Numbered from the stretch's first letter, positions 36,795 to 45,839 are shown. The stretch: DNA of 64,000 nucleotides from Candidatus Levybacteria bacterium RIFCSPHIGHO2_01_FULL_36_15b (GCA_001782045.1 MFNK01000003.1:101905-165904); one strand, 5' to 3'. Numbers and translations: made by a program. The notes: generated by a model from the sequence alone, not told the origin.

Positions 36795-36879
36795 TGCCGC
36801 GGGAGAGAGTCGAACTCTCACGTCCGATTAAGGACAAAGGCTCTTAAGGCCCTCGTGTCTGCCATTCCACCACCACGGC
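36795..36879 (-). tRNA. tRNA-Leu (anticodon TAA), long variable arm; no CCA
   Basis: RC GCCGTGGTGGTGGAATGGCAGACACGAGGGCCTTAAGAGCCTTTGTCCTTAATCGGACGTGAGAGTTCGACTCTCTCCCGCGGCA. Confidence 0.8.
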
Positions 36880-36968
36880 TCGTCAATTCTTGTCCCGCAA
36901 AGCGAGGCAAGCGGACAAGACATGACGTAAAATCATTTTACAAAAGCAAAGAGTATTATTCAATAGCT

Positions 36969-37898
36969 TCAAATGTGCTGCGGAGGTATTACGCCTAAAG
37001 ACTTTAGTGAAAAATCTAATAAATTTTTCATTTCCTGCCTTCTGTCGCTACTATTAAGAAGCACACTTATAATTTGATGTTCCCCATACTCCAAGTATGT
37101 AACTAAACAATATCCTGCTTCATTTGTAAATCCAATTTTTACACCCTTCACACCAGGATAACTTGAAATTAAATTTGTTTCGTTTTCCATAATATATGCT
37201 TTGTGCGTTGGCGATGCCTGAATGGTATATATAAACGTTTTAGAAACGTCTCTAAATGATTGAAATTTATCTAAAGCATACTTTGTAATCACTACCAAAT
37301 CTTTTGCCGTAGAGTGCTGGTTTCCGTCTCCTTCAAGACCCGTAGGGTTAGTAAAGTTAGTATCTTTTAAGCCTAAATCCTTAGCTTTTTTATTCATTGC
37401 CGCAATAAAAGCTATTCTTCCGCCGGGGTAATTACTTGCTAAAGTTTCTGCCGTATCATTTCCGCTTCTAAGTATCAAACCATACAACAATTCTTTCAAA
37501 GAAAGTACTTCTCCTGCCTCAAGTCCCATTGAATTTTCTCCGACTAAATCTTCGCTTTTAACTAAATATTTATCGTCTTTTTTTGGATTTTCTAAAGCTA
37601 CAACAGCAGTCATAATTTTTGTTAAAGAAGCAATTGGAAGTTTTTGTGAGGAATTTTTATCAAATAAAATTTTTTCGTCCGTTAAATCGTAAGCAAATGC
37701 AGACGTGGCAGATACAAAAGGCGCTTTGGCAGAATCTTTTATTATATTTTGTACCCCTGAAAACCAAAAGTAAGTATTAGGAAGAGGAGAAACAATTTTT
37801 CCAAAAGTATCATTTTGAAAATTTAGAAATACTAAATAAAAAACAATTACTCCAAATAGTAGCAAAATAAATCCCAAAAAAACTTTAACCTTTGACAT
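36969..37898 (-). CDS. D-alanyl-D-alanine carboxypeptidase (S11, PBP5/6-like)
   Basis: SxxK (IASLTKIMTA), SxN (RSGNDTAE), KxG (GVKIGFT); N-terminal TM anchor. Confidence 0.8.
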   Translation of the reverse strand: MSKVKVFLGFILLLFGVIVFYLVFLNFQNDTFGKIVSPLPNTYFWFSGVQNIIKDSAKAPFVSATSAFAYDLTDEKILFDKNSSQKLPIASLTKIMTAVVALENPKKDDKYLVKSEDLVGENSMGLEAGEVLSLKELLYGLILRSGNDTAETLASNYPGGRIAFIAAMNKKAKDLGLKDTNFTNPTGLEGDGNQHSTAKDLVVITKYALDKFQSFRDVSKTFIYTIQASPTHKAYIMENETNLISSYPGVKGVKIGFTNEAGYCLVTYLEYGEHQIISVLLNSSDRRQEMKNLLDFSLKSLGVIPPQHI

Positions 37899-37927
37899 AA
37901 TAGTATTTTACAAAATTTTAATATTTA

Positions 37928-39520
37928 TTGAAGCATTTAATCATATCTGATACGATTCTTAAAATGTCTAAGGCCTTATTTCTATCACTCTTTGTTAGTA
38001 TTTTAATATTTATTTTTTTTATTACAGTAAATATAAATTTACCATATGTCGGACCTAATGCAACAAATTTTAATGTATATTCTCTGATTGCTCATAACTT
38101 TAATAAGTTCGGGTATTTAGAAACAAAATTAGCTCCAATTATTTCTGTAAGCGAAAAATATCCTGCAAATCCTGAATATTTTTTCCACCACCCTACTCTA
38201 TTGTCTTTTACAGAATCTATACTTTTTAAAATATTTGGTGAGCAGTTTTGGGTAGGAAGACTCACGGTAATTTTATTTTCTTTAGGATCTTTATTTCTTA
38301 TTTATCTGATAGGAAAAAACTTATTGAACGAAACTTTCGGAGCAATCTCGGCTTTGGTTTTTACGCTTATCCCCGCGTCAACAATATGGGGGAAAATGAT
38401 TGGTCAAGAACCGCTAGTTTTATTCTTTTGTCTTGCAGCCCTGTACTGCTCATTGATTTTTCTTGAGAAAAAAGAAAACAAGTATCTTATTCTAGCTGGT
38501 ATATCGTTGATTCTGGGAACGTTGAGCGACTGGCCTGCAATAATTTTTGCATTCTCGCTAATTTTTCTGTTCAGGAAGTATAGTGAGGTGCGTAAGTATT
38601 CTTACGTACTAGTAGTTGCAGTAGGAATGTTTTTACTTCTACTTTTCTATACATACTTTTTAAGAAATGGATTCTGGGATTTACAAAATGCCATTGGATT
38701 AAGAACTGCATTAGGGCTTTCAAAAGACTGGTTATTTTTCTTGCCCACGCAGCTTATTAGAATTTTAATTTACCTAAATTCATTATTTGTTTTGTTTACC
38801 ATTGCAGTTGGTTTATATATTTATAAAAAGAATAAATTTAAGAATTTGGACAAAACAAGCTTGACCCTTTTAGTATTTTTTTCTTTCTTTTTAATTCACC
38901 AATTATTGTATGCTCAAGCAGTATTTTCCCATAACTATCTTTTGTATTACAGCATACCTTTTTTTGCATTCGGTTCTTCCTACTTAATCTATATTCTTTA
39001 TACGAATAAGCGTTATACTTATCTATCTTTAGCAATTCTAACTTCGTTTATATATTTGATTGTTATTTCCGATTACAAAAACAAACAGGTAGAATCAAAT
39101 TTGTGGAGGTACGAATTTGCCCAAAAAATTTCTTCTTATATTCCAAAATATGAAACTGTAGTTTTAAATCAATCGTATTCAGTTGATCCTGATTTGCTTT
39201 GGTATCCATTTTCAATAAACGTGATGGTGAGTGACGATAAGAGCGCAAATTTTTATTCAAAAAACTATAAATATTATATTTATTCCTGCATAGATTCATG
39301 CCCAACAAACATAAAATTATTGAATACATTAGGAAGCGAACATAAGACTACTCGCATTAAGACAACTCAGGCAGAAGCATATGTTATTTACCTCAATGAG
39401 AAAAAAAATGATGAAGATTATGTTTTTCTAAAAACAAGCCCATCGAATTTATTGGATGGAACTTTTGTAAAAAAAATATACAATAATCTACGGAGCCTTT
39501 TATATACATCTCAAATCTAG
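37928..39520 (+). CDS. polytopic membrane protein, putative GT-C fold glycosyltransferase (ArnT/PMT-like)
   Basis: 530 aa, ~12 TM, N-terminal periplasmic loop with acidic/aromatic residues, architecture typical of GT39/GT83-like enzymes. Confidence 0.4.
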   Translation: MKHLIISDTILKMSKALFLSLFVSILIFIFFITVNINLPYVGPNATNFNVYSLIAHNFNKFGYLETKLAPIISVSEKYPANPEYFFHHPTLLSFTESILFKIFGEQFWVGRLTVILFSLGSLFLIYLIGKNLLNETFGAISALVFTLIPASTIWGKMIGQEPLVLFFCLAALYCSLIFLEKKENKYLILAGISLILGTLSDWPAIIFAFSLIFLFRKYSEVRKYSYVLVVAVGMFLLLLFYTYFLRNGFWDLQNAIGLRTALGLSKDWLFFLPTQLIRILIYLNSLFVLFTIAVGLYIYKKNKFKNLDKTSLTLLVFFSFFLIHQLLYAQAVFSHNYLLYYSIPFFAFGSSYLIYILYTNKRYTYLSLAILTSFIYLIVISDYKNKQVESNLWRYEFAQKISSYIPKYETVVLNQSYSVDPDLLWYPFSINVMVSDDKSANFYSKNYKYYIYSCIDSCPTNIKLLNTLGSEHKTTRIKTTQAEAYVIYLNEKKNDEDYVFLKTSPSNLLDGTFVKKIYNNLRSLLYTSQI

Positions 39521-39534
39521 TAAAATACACATAT

Positions 39535-39605
39535 TGCCGAGTCGTCTAATGGTAGGACAACGGACTTTGGATCCGTTTATTCTGGTTCGAATCCGGGCTC
39601 GGCAG
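39535..39605 (+). tRNA. tRNA-Gln (anticodon TTG); no CCA
   Basis: TGCCGAG/CTCGGCA acceptor, loop CTTTGGA, T-loop TTCGAAT. Confidence 0.8.
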
Positions 39606-39649
39606 CTTTCCCTTTAAATTTACTACCTCGTCTGCTATAATTCCCTCCT

Positions 39650-40075
39650 ATGATTGAACAACGTTTCAGACAGCGTACTGAAGAAGAAGGTAGAGAGTAT
39701 TTAGCAAAATGGGAAAGCCTTTTTTTGGGCATGCTTGCTGCTTATACTAAAACTGGACGTTCCTTTTATGATCTTGAACCCTTAATAGAATTTGTGGGAC
39801 CGGAAGGAAAGTTTACAGTTGCTCCGATTGCGTACTTAATAAATAAAGATATTAATCCCAGGATTATAACAGTGGACATATATAGAGACGGCGAGGTTAT
39901 TCAAAGGGCAATGGCTTTAGCGACTTGGGAAAATGGCAGGCCAACTGTTAGGCGTGAAGATATTGATCAAAGAACGACTTTGGGATACGAGCAGTATAAT
40001 TTTGATCAATTTATTGATTTAGCGGCGAGGGCTCTAAATAATCCTGAAATACCCGATAGTTCCCCTTCCAACTAA
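39650..40075 (+). CDS. hypothetical protein (141 aa)
   Basis: Intact ORF, no motif recognised. Confidence 0.4.
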   Translation: MIEQRFRQRTEEEGREYLAKWESLFLGMLAAYTKTGRSFYDLEPLIEFVGPEGKFTVAPIAYLINKDINPRIITVDIYRDGEVIQRAMALATWENGRPTVRREDIDQRTTLGYEQYNFDQFIDLAARALNNPEIPDSSPSN

Positions 40076-40196
40076 AAAACAATCTCATCTGAGTTTAGAT
40101 AAAGACACTGCTATAATGACTAAACGGATCTTGACCGGTATGCTCAGCATAATCGTTCTTCGAATTTAACTTAAGTAAAAGTAATTAAGAATCGAA

Positions 40197-40547
40197 CTAA
40201 GTCCTGCTTCGGGGTTTATGTTTCTTGTGATATTCCCATAATTCAGTAGGCGCACTGTCTTCTTTTGTAAGTAAGGCGATAGGTATTCTTGACGGTAATT
40301 CAATCCAATGCCCATCAAGTCCGCCAGTTATGTGTATTAACACCGAACTATTGAACCCAACTCTAGGATTTGACAAAACTTCATCTCCAGTTGCCAAAAT
40401 GTCTCCAATTTTTAATGCTCTCGGTTGAGCTAGTCGCTCAGTTCTTAAAAGATTTGTGCCATTTCCGTATTCCTTTAGGTGTCTTTCAAATCCATAAGGC
40501 CTACCATGTTCATCCATAGGTCTACCTGGTATTTCTCTTTCTGCCAT
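40197..40547 (-). CDS. hypothetical protein (116 aa)
   Basis: Intact ORF, no motif recognised. Confidence 0.4.
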   Translation of the reverse strand: MAEREIPGRPMDEHGRPYGFERHLKEYGNGTNLLRTERLAQPRALKIGDILATGDEVLSNPRVGFNSSVLIHITGGLDGHWIELPSRIPIALLTKEDSAPTELWEYHKKHKPRSRT

Positions 40548-40657
40548 AAAAAAATGCTCTTTCGAGCAGTTGAAATATGTTACATCCGGTAAAGTTTGTT
40601 GTCAATAGTTAAGGTCACTAAATATTGGGTAAATTCTGATATAATAATTCGGTTACC

Positions 40658-40729
40658 CGGGGTGTAGTTCATCGGTAGAACGCTCGGTTTGGGACCGAGA
40701 AGTAAGAGGTCCAATTCCTCTCACCCCGA
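40658..40729 (+). tRNA. tRNA-Pro (anticodon TGG); no CCA
   Basis: CGGGGTG/CACCCCG acceptor, D-arm GTTC..GAAC, loop TTTGGGA. Confidence 0.85.
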
Positions 40730-40738
40730 CACTAAATC

Positions 40739-41038
40739 TTATTTACCTCCAAAATACCAAATTCCACTTACAATTCCTAAGTTGAGGGTGAATATTAATA
40801 TTTGACTAAAGAAAATCCAAGTCTTGTGATGTTCTTTCCAATAAAATAGCCATAAGAAAGATGAAATTGTATAAGCTCCCCAAGTAGTAAAAGATAATCC
40901 TGCAACGTCTTGCTTTGTCCATACCTGTAAAAATTGAGGAATAGTAAATAAAGGACCTAAGAAGGCAACGATATACATTATATGATCAAAAAGACTTACC
41001 GGTTTTTTATGAAGATGCTGGTGCATTCCTTGCAACAT
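40739..41038 (-). CDS. PQ-loop / SemiSWEET-like 3-TM sugar transporter candidate
   Basis: 99 aa, three TM helices, PQ motif in TM1 (FTIPQFLQVW), Trp/Tyr-rich like SemiSWEETs. Confidence 0.5.
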   Translation of the reverse strand: MLQGMHQHLHKKPVSLFDHIMYIVAFLGPLFTIPQFLQVWTKQDVAGLSFTTWGAYTISSFLWLFYWKEHHKTWIFFSQILIFTLNLGIVSGIWYFGGK

Positions 41039-41195
41039 AGAGTTATCGTATATTAATTTTAAATTCTTGACAAGATAAGAGCTCCTGACGTGATCTTAGC
41101 CAGACTGCCAGAGTTTATCAGATTGTTCCTATCTGACGGTCTATTACCGGATTTAGTCTATACCTTAGGTCTAAAAAATGCATAAATATGCATAG

Positions 41196-41861
41196 TTATA
41201 AATCTTTCCAGTTAATAAGTTTGATTCTTAAATTTTTAACTTCCTGTGCTATTCTTTGAGAAGTAAGTGTTTTTAATTCTAGCTCGCGCTGCTCAGAATA
41301 GGAACTTTTAAGATCAGCGCTCAATATTCCAGGATGGCACATTAGTTCAGACGTGCCTTCTGGCAAGCTGTTGAGAATTTTAACTAGATTTGCGATAGAT
41401 ATAGCTTCCATTGACGGCATACCAAAGAAAGAATTAATGAAATTAATTTGACCTCGGTAGGGTATGTAATTCTCTTTACACCACTTGCGGATAAATGGAT
41501 AAATCCTTGGCATCTTATGAATATGATGGTGACCATCTATGTGATCGGGTAGCATTCCCACCAGTTTATTAAAAGCGTCTATCTGATTAAGAAACTCCTT
41601 CTTGGTTTTTTCTATAAGTACCGAGGCAATTACTCTTTTAGTTTGCCAAAGTGCTGTAAAATCATCATCTTCAATTTGAAAGTGGAGTCCTAGGCTAAGT
41701 TTTGGATTTTGTTTTGCAAGCCTTACTCCATGTAAAGCTGCCTTACTATTTACCATAAGAGAAGTGCTAGTGACTATGCCATCTCGATGAGCTTTGACTA
41801 TTCCTTCGTTAATTCCATTGGAATAACCAAAATCATCAGCATTAACAATAAGCCTTTTCAT
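41196..41861 (-). CDS. ChbG/YdjC-family carbohydrate deacetylase
   Basis: N-terminal LIVNADDFG box and His-rich metal site (DGHHHIH) typical of YdjC/ChbG. Confidence 0.75.
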   Translation of the reverse strand: MKRLIVNADDFGYSNGINEGIVKAHRDGIVTSTSLMVNSKAALHGVRLAKQNPKLSLGLHFQIEDDDFTALWQTKRVIASVLIEKTKKEFLNQIDAFNKLVGMLPDHIDGHHHIHKMPRIYPFIRKWCKENYIPYRGQINFINSFFGMPSMEAISIANLVKILNSLPEGTSELMCHPGILSADLKSSYSEQRELELKTLTSQRIAQEVKNLRIKLINWKDL

Positions 41862-41981
41862 TACTGTATATTTTAACAGAAGTTCGACTCCCGTAAGGGT
41901 GTTAGGTTATAGGGTTAAATTTAGACAAATTTTAGAACTCTTCCGAAGCTAAAACTTGCAAAGTTCGATCTTTTTCTATGG

Positions 41982-42052
41982 AGCGGGTGAAGGGAATCGA
42001 ACCCTCGTATCAACTTTGGAAAAGTTGTGTTCTGCCATTGAACTACACCCGC
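41982..42052 (-). tRNA. tRNA-Gly (anticodon TCC); no CCA
   Basis: RC GCGGGTGTAGTTCAATGGCAGAACACAACTTTTCCAAAGTTGATACGAGGGTTCGATTCCCTTCACCCGCT. Confidence 0.85.
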
Positions 42053-42092
42053 GTAAAGAATATTATACTAGACTGAACTTATTTGCTCAAGA

Positions 42093-42929
42093 TTATATTA
42101 TTTCAAATAGAAGTTTAAATACTTCGTAAAAACCCCAAAGCGCCAGTACTATAAATGCCAGTCCTCCGATAATTAAAACAACAGGATGACGTACTACTTG
42201 GACCGTCTTTGAGGGCCAAATAAACAATCCAATATTTAAAATCATATGCCCAAGCATTACTCCTAATGCAAATCCAAATAAATTAACTACGTCAAAAAGA
42301 GGAATATAACCTGCAAAATCATCTAAGCCCAAAATAAACGGAATGGTAAAAGAAAAAACCGCCAAGTTTGTAAAAGAAAGTTTTTTTGCACGTGTTAAAT
42401 TAAGGTGAGGAACAAAATATCTAAGAATAGGTCGGAATAACTTATTTACAAAATTTAATTGAGACTGAAGAAGATACACCGGCATTTTAATATCTATTAA
42501 GAAGCTTTTTCTTTGTTTAAGAAATTCTTCTAAGCTTTCCTGAGCCATTCTAAGAAGTACAATAGAGGCAACAAAAATCATAATCATCATTAGAAATGGA
42601 ATTTCTTTAAATACTACCCAAACGATTAAAACTGCAAACGTTCCGAATGCATTCCCTACAGCCGTTCCAAGCTCTATTGCAATTCTTTTTTGCCAACCGG
42701 GGTTTGTATGCATTAAATTGCCGATAAATATTGCAAAGTCTATTGCGGTTTTAAGATAAATAGCAATTCCGATAAGAATATCCCGTTTTCTAAAATCTAA
42801 AACTATTTTGTCAGTTAAGGGAAATGTATTTAAAATTAAAAGAAGTCCGTACAAAAGCGTTGAAAGGACAAAAAATGTAAGAATTGTTAATGCAACCGGG
42901 ATAACTTGACGAATAAAAACTTTTTTCAT
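42093..42929 (-). CDS. integral membrane protein (8 TM; TerC/DUF475-like?)
   Basis: 278 aa, highly hydrophobic; family assignment uncertain. Confidence 0.4.
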   Translation of the reverse strand: MKKVFIRQVIPVALTILTFFVLSTLLYGLLLILNTFPLTDKIVLDFRKRDILIGIAIYLKTAIDFAIFIGNLMHTNPGWQKRIAIELGTAVGNAFGTFAVLIVWVVFKEIPFLMMIMIFVASIVLLRMAQESLEEFLKQRKSFLIDIKMPVYLLQSQLNFVNKLFRPILRYFVPHLNLTRAKKLSFTNLAVFSFTIPFILGLDDFAGYIPLFDVVNLFGFALGVMLGHMILNIGLFIWPSKTVQVVRHPVVLIIGGLAFIVLALWGFYEVFKLLFEII

Positions 42930-43002
42930 TGATAAATTCTATACGATTATACAATAATATTTAACTTTCGTTCTGAACTTATTTTTGCTAAAATACAAAC
43001 AT

Positions 43003-43075
43003 GGCCCTGTAGCTCAACGGATAGAGCGAGTGCGTTCTAAGCACCAGGTTGGGGGTTCGATTCCCTCCAGGGTCG
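43003..43075 (+). tRNA. tRNA-Arg (anticodon TCT); no CCA
   Basis: GGCCCTG/CAGGGTC acceptor, loop GTTCTAA, T-arm GGGGG-TTCGATT-CCCTC. Confidence 0.85.
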
Positions 43076-43195
43076 CAGAAAAACTTTCGTGAGCTTTAGC
43101 TTGTGGGAGTTTTTTGCGTCTTGCAGTAATCGAACCTGCCGGACGAACGTTAGTTCGGAGGCGGGGTCGCGAAGCTGCGAAGCAGAACTTGTGAC

Positions 43196-43217
43196 TTCGA
43201 TTCCCTCCAGGGTCGCA
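43196..43217 (+). repeat. 22-nt exact direct repeat of the tRNA-Arg 3' end (TTCGATTCCCTCCAGGGTCGCA; first copy 43056-43077)
   Basis: Identical 22-mer 118 nt downstream of the tRNA, not in a cloverleaf context; flanked by short hairpins and an 8-nt inverted repeat GTGAGCTT/AAGCTCAC (43089/43225). Confidence 0.6.
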
Positions 43218-43243
43218 CTTCGGCAAGCTCACAACAAGAAAAT

Positions 43244-44455
43244 CTATCTAGTAATTCCAAGCAGCGGATACTCATCCCACAAGCTGGCTATATATAAGCA
43301 GTTAAAAACTACCCCTAAGGTTATAAGCAAAATTGCGGGTTTTGAAAGTTTGGGTTGCAAAGATGGTATAAGCATTAAGAAAAGAAACGGCAAAAAATCC
43401 AAAGCATAACGGTAGCCAAATTGTGCAAATCCAATGCTATACCAGGTAAATATCGGAAGTGCGATTGCCACAGTTGTAACTAGAGATGGTACATAGTACA
43501 AATTTCGCTTAAAGCGGAAAAGTAGCAGGAATAATGGAGATGTAAACCAGATTGCCATTCCCCACGGATCCGCCTTAATAAAAGGAAATTTAAATACAAA
43601 ACCGTCACGGAAATATAAAATTGGTTCAGGTGGTTTTACAAAAAAGCTATATAAGTTTGCCGGAATATGAATTAATCCCCTCTCTGCATATTCTTTATTT
43701 TTAGACAGAGGATATGGGTCTTGAATATGGTATCCATATCCGGTTTCTGTAAATGAGTTAAATCTTAAGTAATTATAACCTCCATATACTAGACCAAAAA
43801 ACATTATTGGTATAAAAATTAGCGCGATTTGCTTTTTCGATAAGCGTTTTTTTATAAATTCTATAAAAAAGAATATAGCTGCAAGCACTAGGGTTATCCT
43901 TGTTAACATTGCAAGCCCTAAAAGAATACCCATAACAAGAGGTCTTTTTTTTGAAAAGTATTCAGCCAAAGCAAGCAAAATTAGTGGCATTCCAATTGCC
44001 TCTACAGTATAGGAAGTTATATTAATTACGCTCGTTGAAAAAAGAACGGTTGAAAATACAAAAAATAAAGAAAGCCATAAGGAATCAACTTTGCTAAACT
44101 TAAATGATTTCGAAATAGAATAGACTGCAAAAAAAGAAATTATTAGTCCCACTATTCCTAAGACAACTTGCGGAAAGCTCTTGCCTAAAATAGCAACTGC
44201 AGGTATAAGAATAATTGAGGCAAGAGGACCAAAGTAAATATAATACTTCCCATTGTATATAGAGATATCCCCCACCGGTAAGTCTAAATTAGGCTCAAGC
44301 GATATATGACCTTTTAAAAATTGCATTGCCAATAAGTTAAGTGATATATCCCAGTTATATATTGCTGCTGTTTTTAAAATTAGAAAAGCGGAAAAAATTG
44401 CAAAAATTAAAAGCGCAAAAAATAATATCTTTTTGTTCTTTTCTTGCATATGCAT
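43244..44455 (-). CDS. polytopic membrane protein (403 aa), GT-C-like glycosyltransferase candidate
   Basis: ~11 TM, aromatic-rich loops; no soluble domain. Confidence 0.4.
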   Translation of the reverse strand: MHMQEKNKKILFFALLIFAIFSAFLILKTAAIYNWDISLNLLAMQFLKGHISLEPNLDLPVGDISIYNGKYYIYFGPLASIILIPAVAILGKSFPQVVLGIVGLIISFFAVYSISKSFKFSKVDSLWLSLFFVFSTVLFSTSVINITSYTVEAIGMPLILLALAEYFSKKRPLVMGILLGLAMLTRITLVLAAIFFFIEFIKKRLSKKQIALIFIPIMFFGLVYGGYNYLRFNSFTETGYGYHIQDPYPLSKNKEYAERGLIHIPANLYSFFVKPPEPILYFRDGFVFKFPFIKADPWGMAIWFTSPLFLLLFRFKRNLYYVPSLVTTVAIALPIFTWYSIGFAQFGYRYALDFLPFLFLMLIPSLQPKLSKPAILLITLGVVFNCLYIASLWDEYPLLGITR

Positions 44456-44534
44456 AATAGAGTTTTATCTTAATGACAATAAAAAAGCAAGAAGTGTTAA
44501 ATAAAGCTGAAAAATATTGTATAATCTAAGGCAC

Positions 44535-44610
44535 GGTGGATGTAGCTCAGCAGCAGAGCGCCTGGTTGTGGTCCAGGAGGTGGCGGGGGCGGCACCCGTC
44601 TTCCACCCCA
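44535..44610 (+). tRNA. tRNA-His (anticodon GTG) with encoded G-1, C73 and 3' CCA; atypical T-loop
   Basis: G-1 + GTGGATG acceptor, D-arm GCTC/GAGC, loop TTGTGGT, acceptor 3' CTTCCAC (one T-T mismatch), C73, CCA; T-loop GGCGGCA non-canonical. Confidence 0.6.
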
Positions 44611-44617
44611 CAACGTT

Positions 44618-45166
44618 ATGCCCGCAATTAATTTTGAAGTAAAGCTGATTAAAATTAGGGATTGGACAATTATTAGGCTTCCGGAGAGTGTATCAGCAAA
44701 GCTTCCCTCCAGGGGCATGACAATGGTTTCTGGAACCATTAATGGTGCTTCTTTTAAAACATTACTTGAACCGGATGGAAGGTATGGTCCAGAAAAAAAA
44801 CCCAGCCACTGGTTTAGGCCTGACAAAAAATTGCTGGGTGAGGCTAGAGCAGCGGCAGGTGATACCGTACGAGTCTCGCTTGAGCCGACCAAAGAGTGGA
44901 TAGAGCCTGAAGTTCCCGAAGATTTGAAGAAAGCTCTTTCGACATCCAGAAGAGCAGAAGATTTATGGAATGATATTACTCCACTTGCCCGTTGGGACTG
45001 GATTCGCTGGATACGAGCTGTTAAAACAGCTGAAACGCGCCAAAAGCATATTGAAGTGGCTTTAGACAAGCTTAACAAGGGCATGAGAAGACCATGCTGT
45101 TTTAACCGCAATTTGTGTAGCGAACCCTACGTATCGCACAATTGGGTTCTCCTCGATCCGAGTTGA
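44618..45166 (+). CDS. DUF1905 + YdeI/OmpD-associated (OmdA) family protein
   Basis: C-terminal WDWIRWIRAVKTAETRQKHIEVALDKLNKGMRRPCCF resembles YdeI/OmdA family ending. Confidence 0.5.
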   Translation: MPAINFEVKLIKIRDWTIIRLPESVSAKLPSRGMTMVSGTINGASFKTLLEPDGRYGPEKKPSHWFRPDKKLLGEARAAAGDTVRVSLEPTKEWIEPEVPEDLKKALSTSRRAEDLWNDITPLARWDWIRWIRAVKTAETRQKHIEVALDKLNKGMRRPCCFNRNLCSEPYVSHNWVLLDPS

Positions 45167-45217
45167 AATGTGGACAAATATTCGGCAGCTACCCACTATT
45201 TTTTGTATAATTAGAGC

Positions 45218-45760
45218 ATGGTAGATAAAAAAGAGGGGCTTCAACCAAAAGTTATTGACAAACAAGAAGTAGTAAATAGACTGAGACTTGCAAACGAGGA
45301 TTTAAGGGAAACAATTTCGAGAATTGACTCTAGAGATCTAGAAAGAACGCAGGTAACAGATGAGGGATGGACAGTCAAGGATGTTCTTAGTCATTTGGCA
45401 GCGTGGAACACCCAATATCTTATTGAAATTAATGGAATTTTACGAAATGATGCTTCTTGGCAAAAATTTTATGAAGATAAAGCGGGAGAGGATGAATTTA
45501 ATAGACTTGCTGTAGAGGAAAGAAAAGCAAAGCCGTTCTCTCAAGTTTTTGACGAATGGAGCTCTTCGATAAATAGAGTTATTGAGAGAGTTGAAGCTTT
45601 GTCCCTCGCCGAGTGGATTTATCAAAGCGGAAGCGATGTATGGAGCGATGGTAGTCCTATAACTGTGTATTCTCTTTTTAACTATAGTTACAATAATAAA
45701 CCTCATGAGGCTGGTCATGCTCAAGCCATAAGAGAACGTCTTGGATTGGATAAAAATTGA
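45218..45760 (+). CDS. DinB/YfiT-like (ClbS/DfsB-type) four-helix-bundle protein
   Basis: VLSHLAAWNTQYL ... HEAGHAQAIRE His-containing helices typical of DinB_2 superfamily. Confidence 0.45.
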   Translation: MVDKKEGLQPKVIDKQEVVNRLRLANEDLRETISRIDSRDLERTQVTDEGWTVKDVLSHLAAWNTQYLIEINGILRNDASWQKFYEDKAGEDEFNRLAVEERKAKPFSQVFDEWSSSINRVIERVEALSLAEWIYQSGSDVWSDGSPITVYSLFNYSYNNKPHEAGHAQAIRERLGLDKN

Positions 45761-45839
45761 CCTAGATTGTCACTTTACTCCATCATATACTATACCCTAT
45801 AGTTTGACTTTAATGTTTGCTTTTGTTAAACTTTCTCAC

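Noticed and set aside
41881-41975. T-loop-like strings (AGTTCGACTCC, AAGTTCGATC) upstream of tRNA-Gly(TCC), considered as tRNA pseudogenes
   Set aside because: No complementary acceptor, D or anticodon stems could be formed around them. Likely chance matches or very decayed remnants.
43076-43243. Possibility that the tRNA-Arg downstream region is a tmRNA or a second tRNA
   Set aside because: The repeated segment lacks a pairing T-stem (GTGAC versus CCCTC) and there is no 5' partner for the acceptor strand. Too short for tmRNA. Kept only as a direct-repeat finding.
44497-45111. 204-aa minus-strand ORF with poly-Pro stretch (RRVPPPPPPGPQPG)
   Set aside because: Overlaps the tRNA-His and the YdeI-like gene. 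The poly-Pro arises from reading the GC-rich tRNA in antisense.
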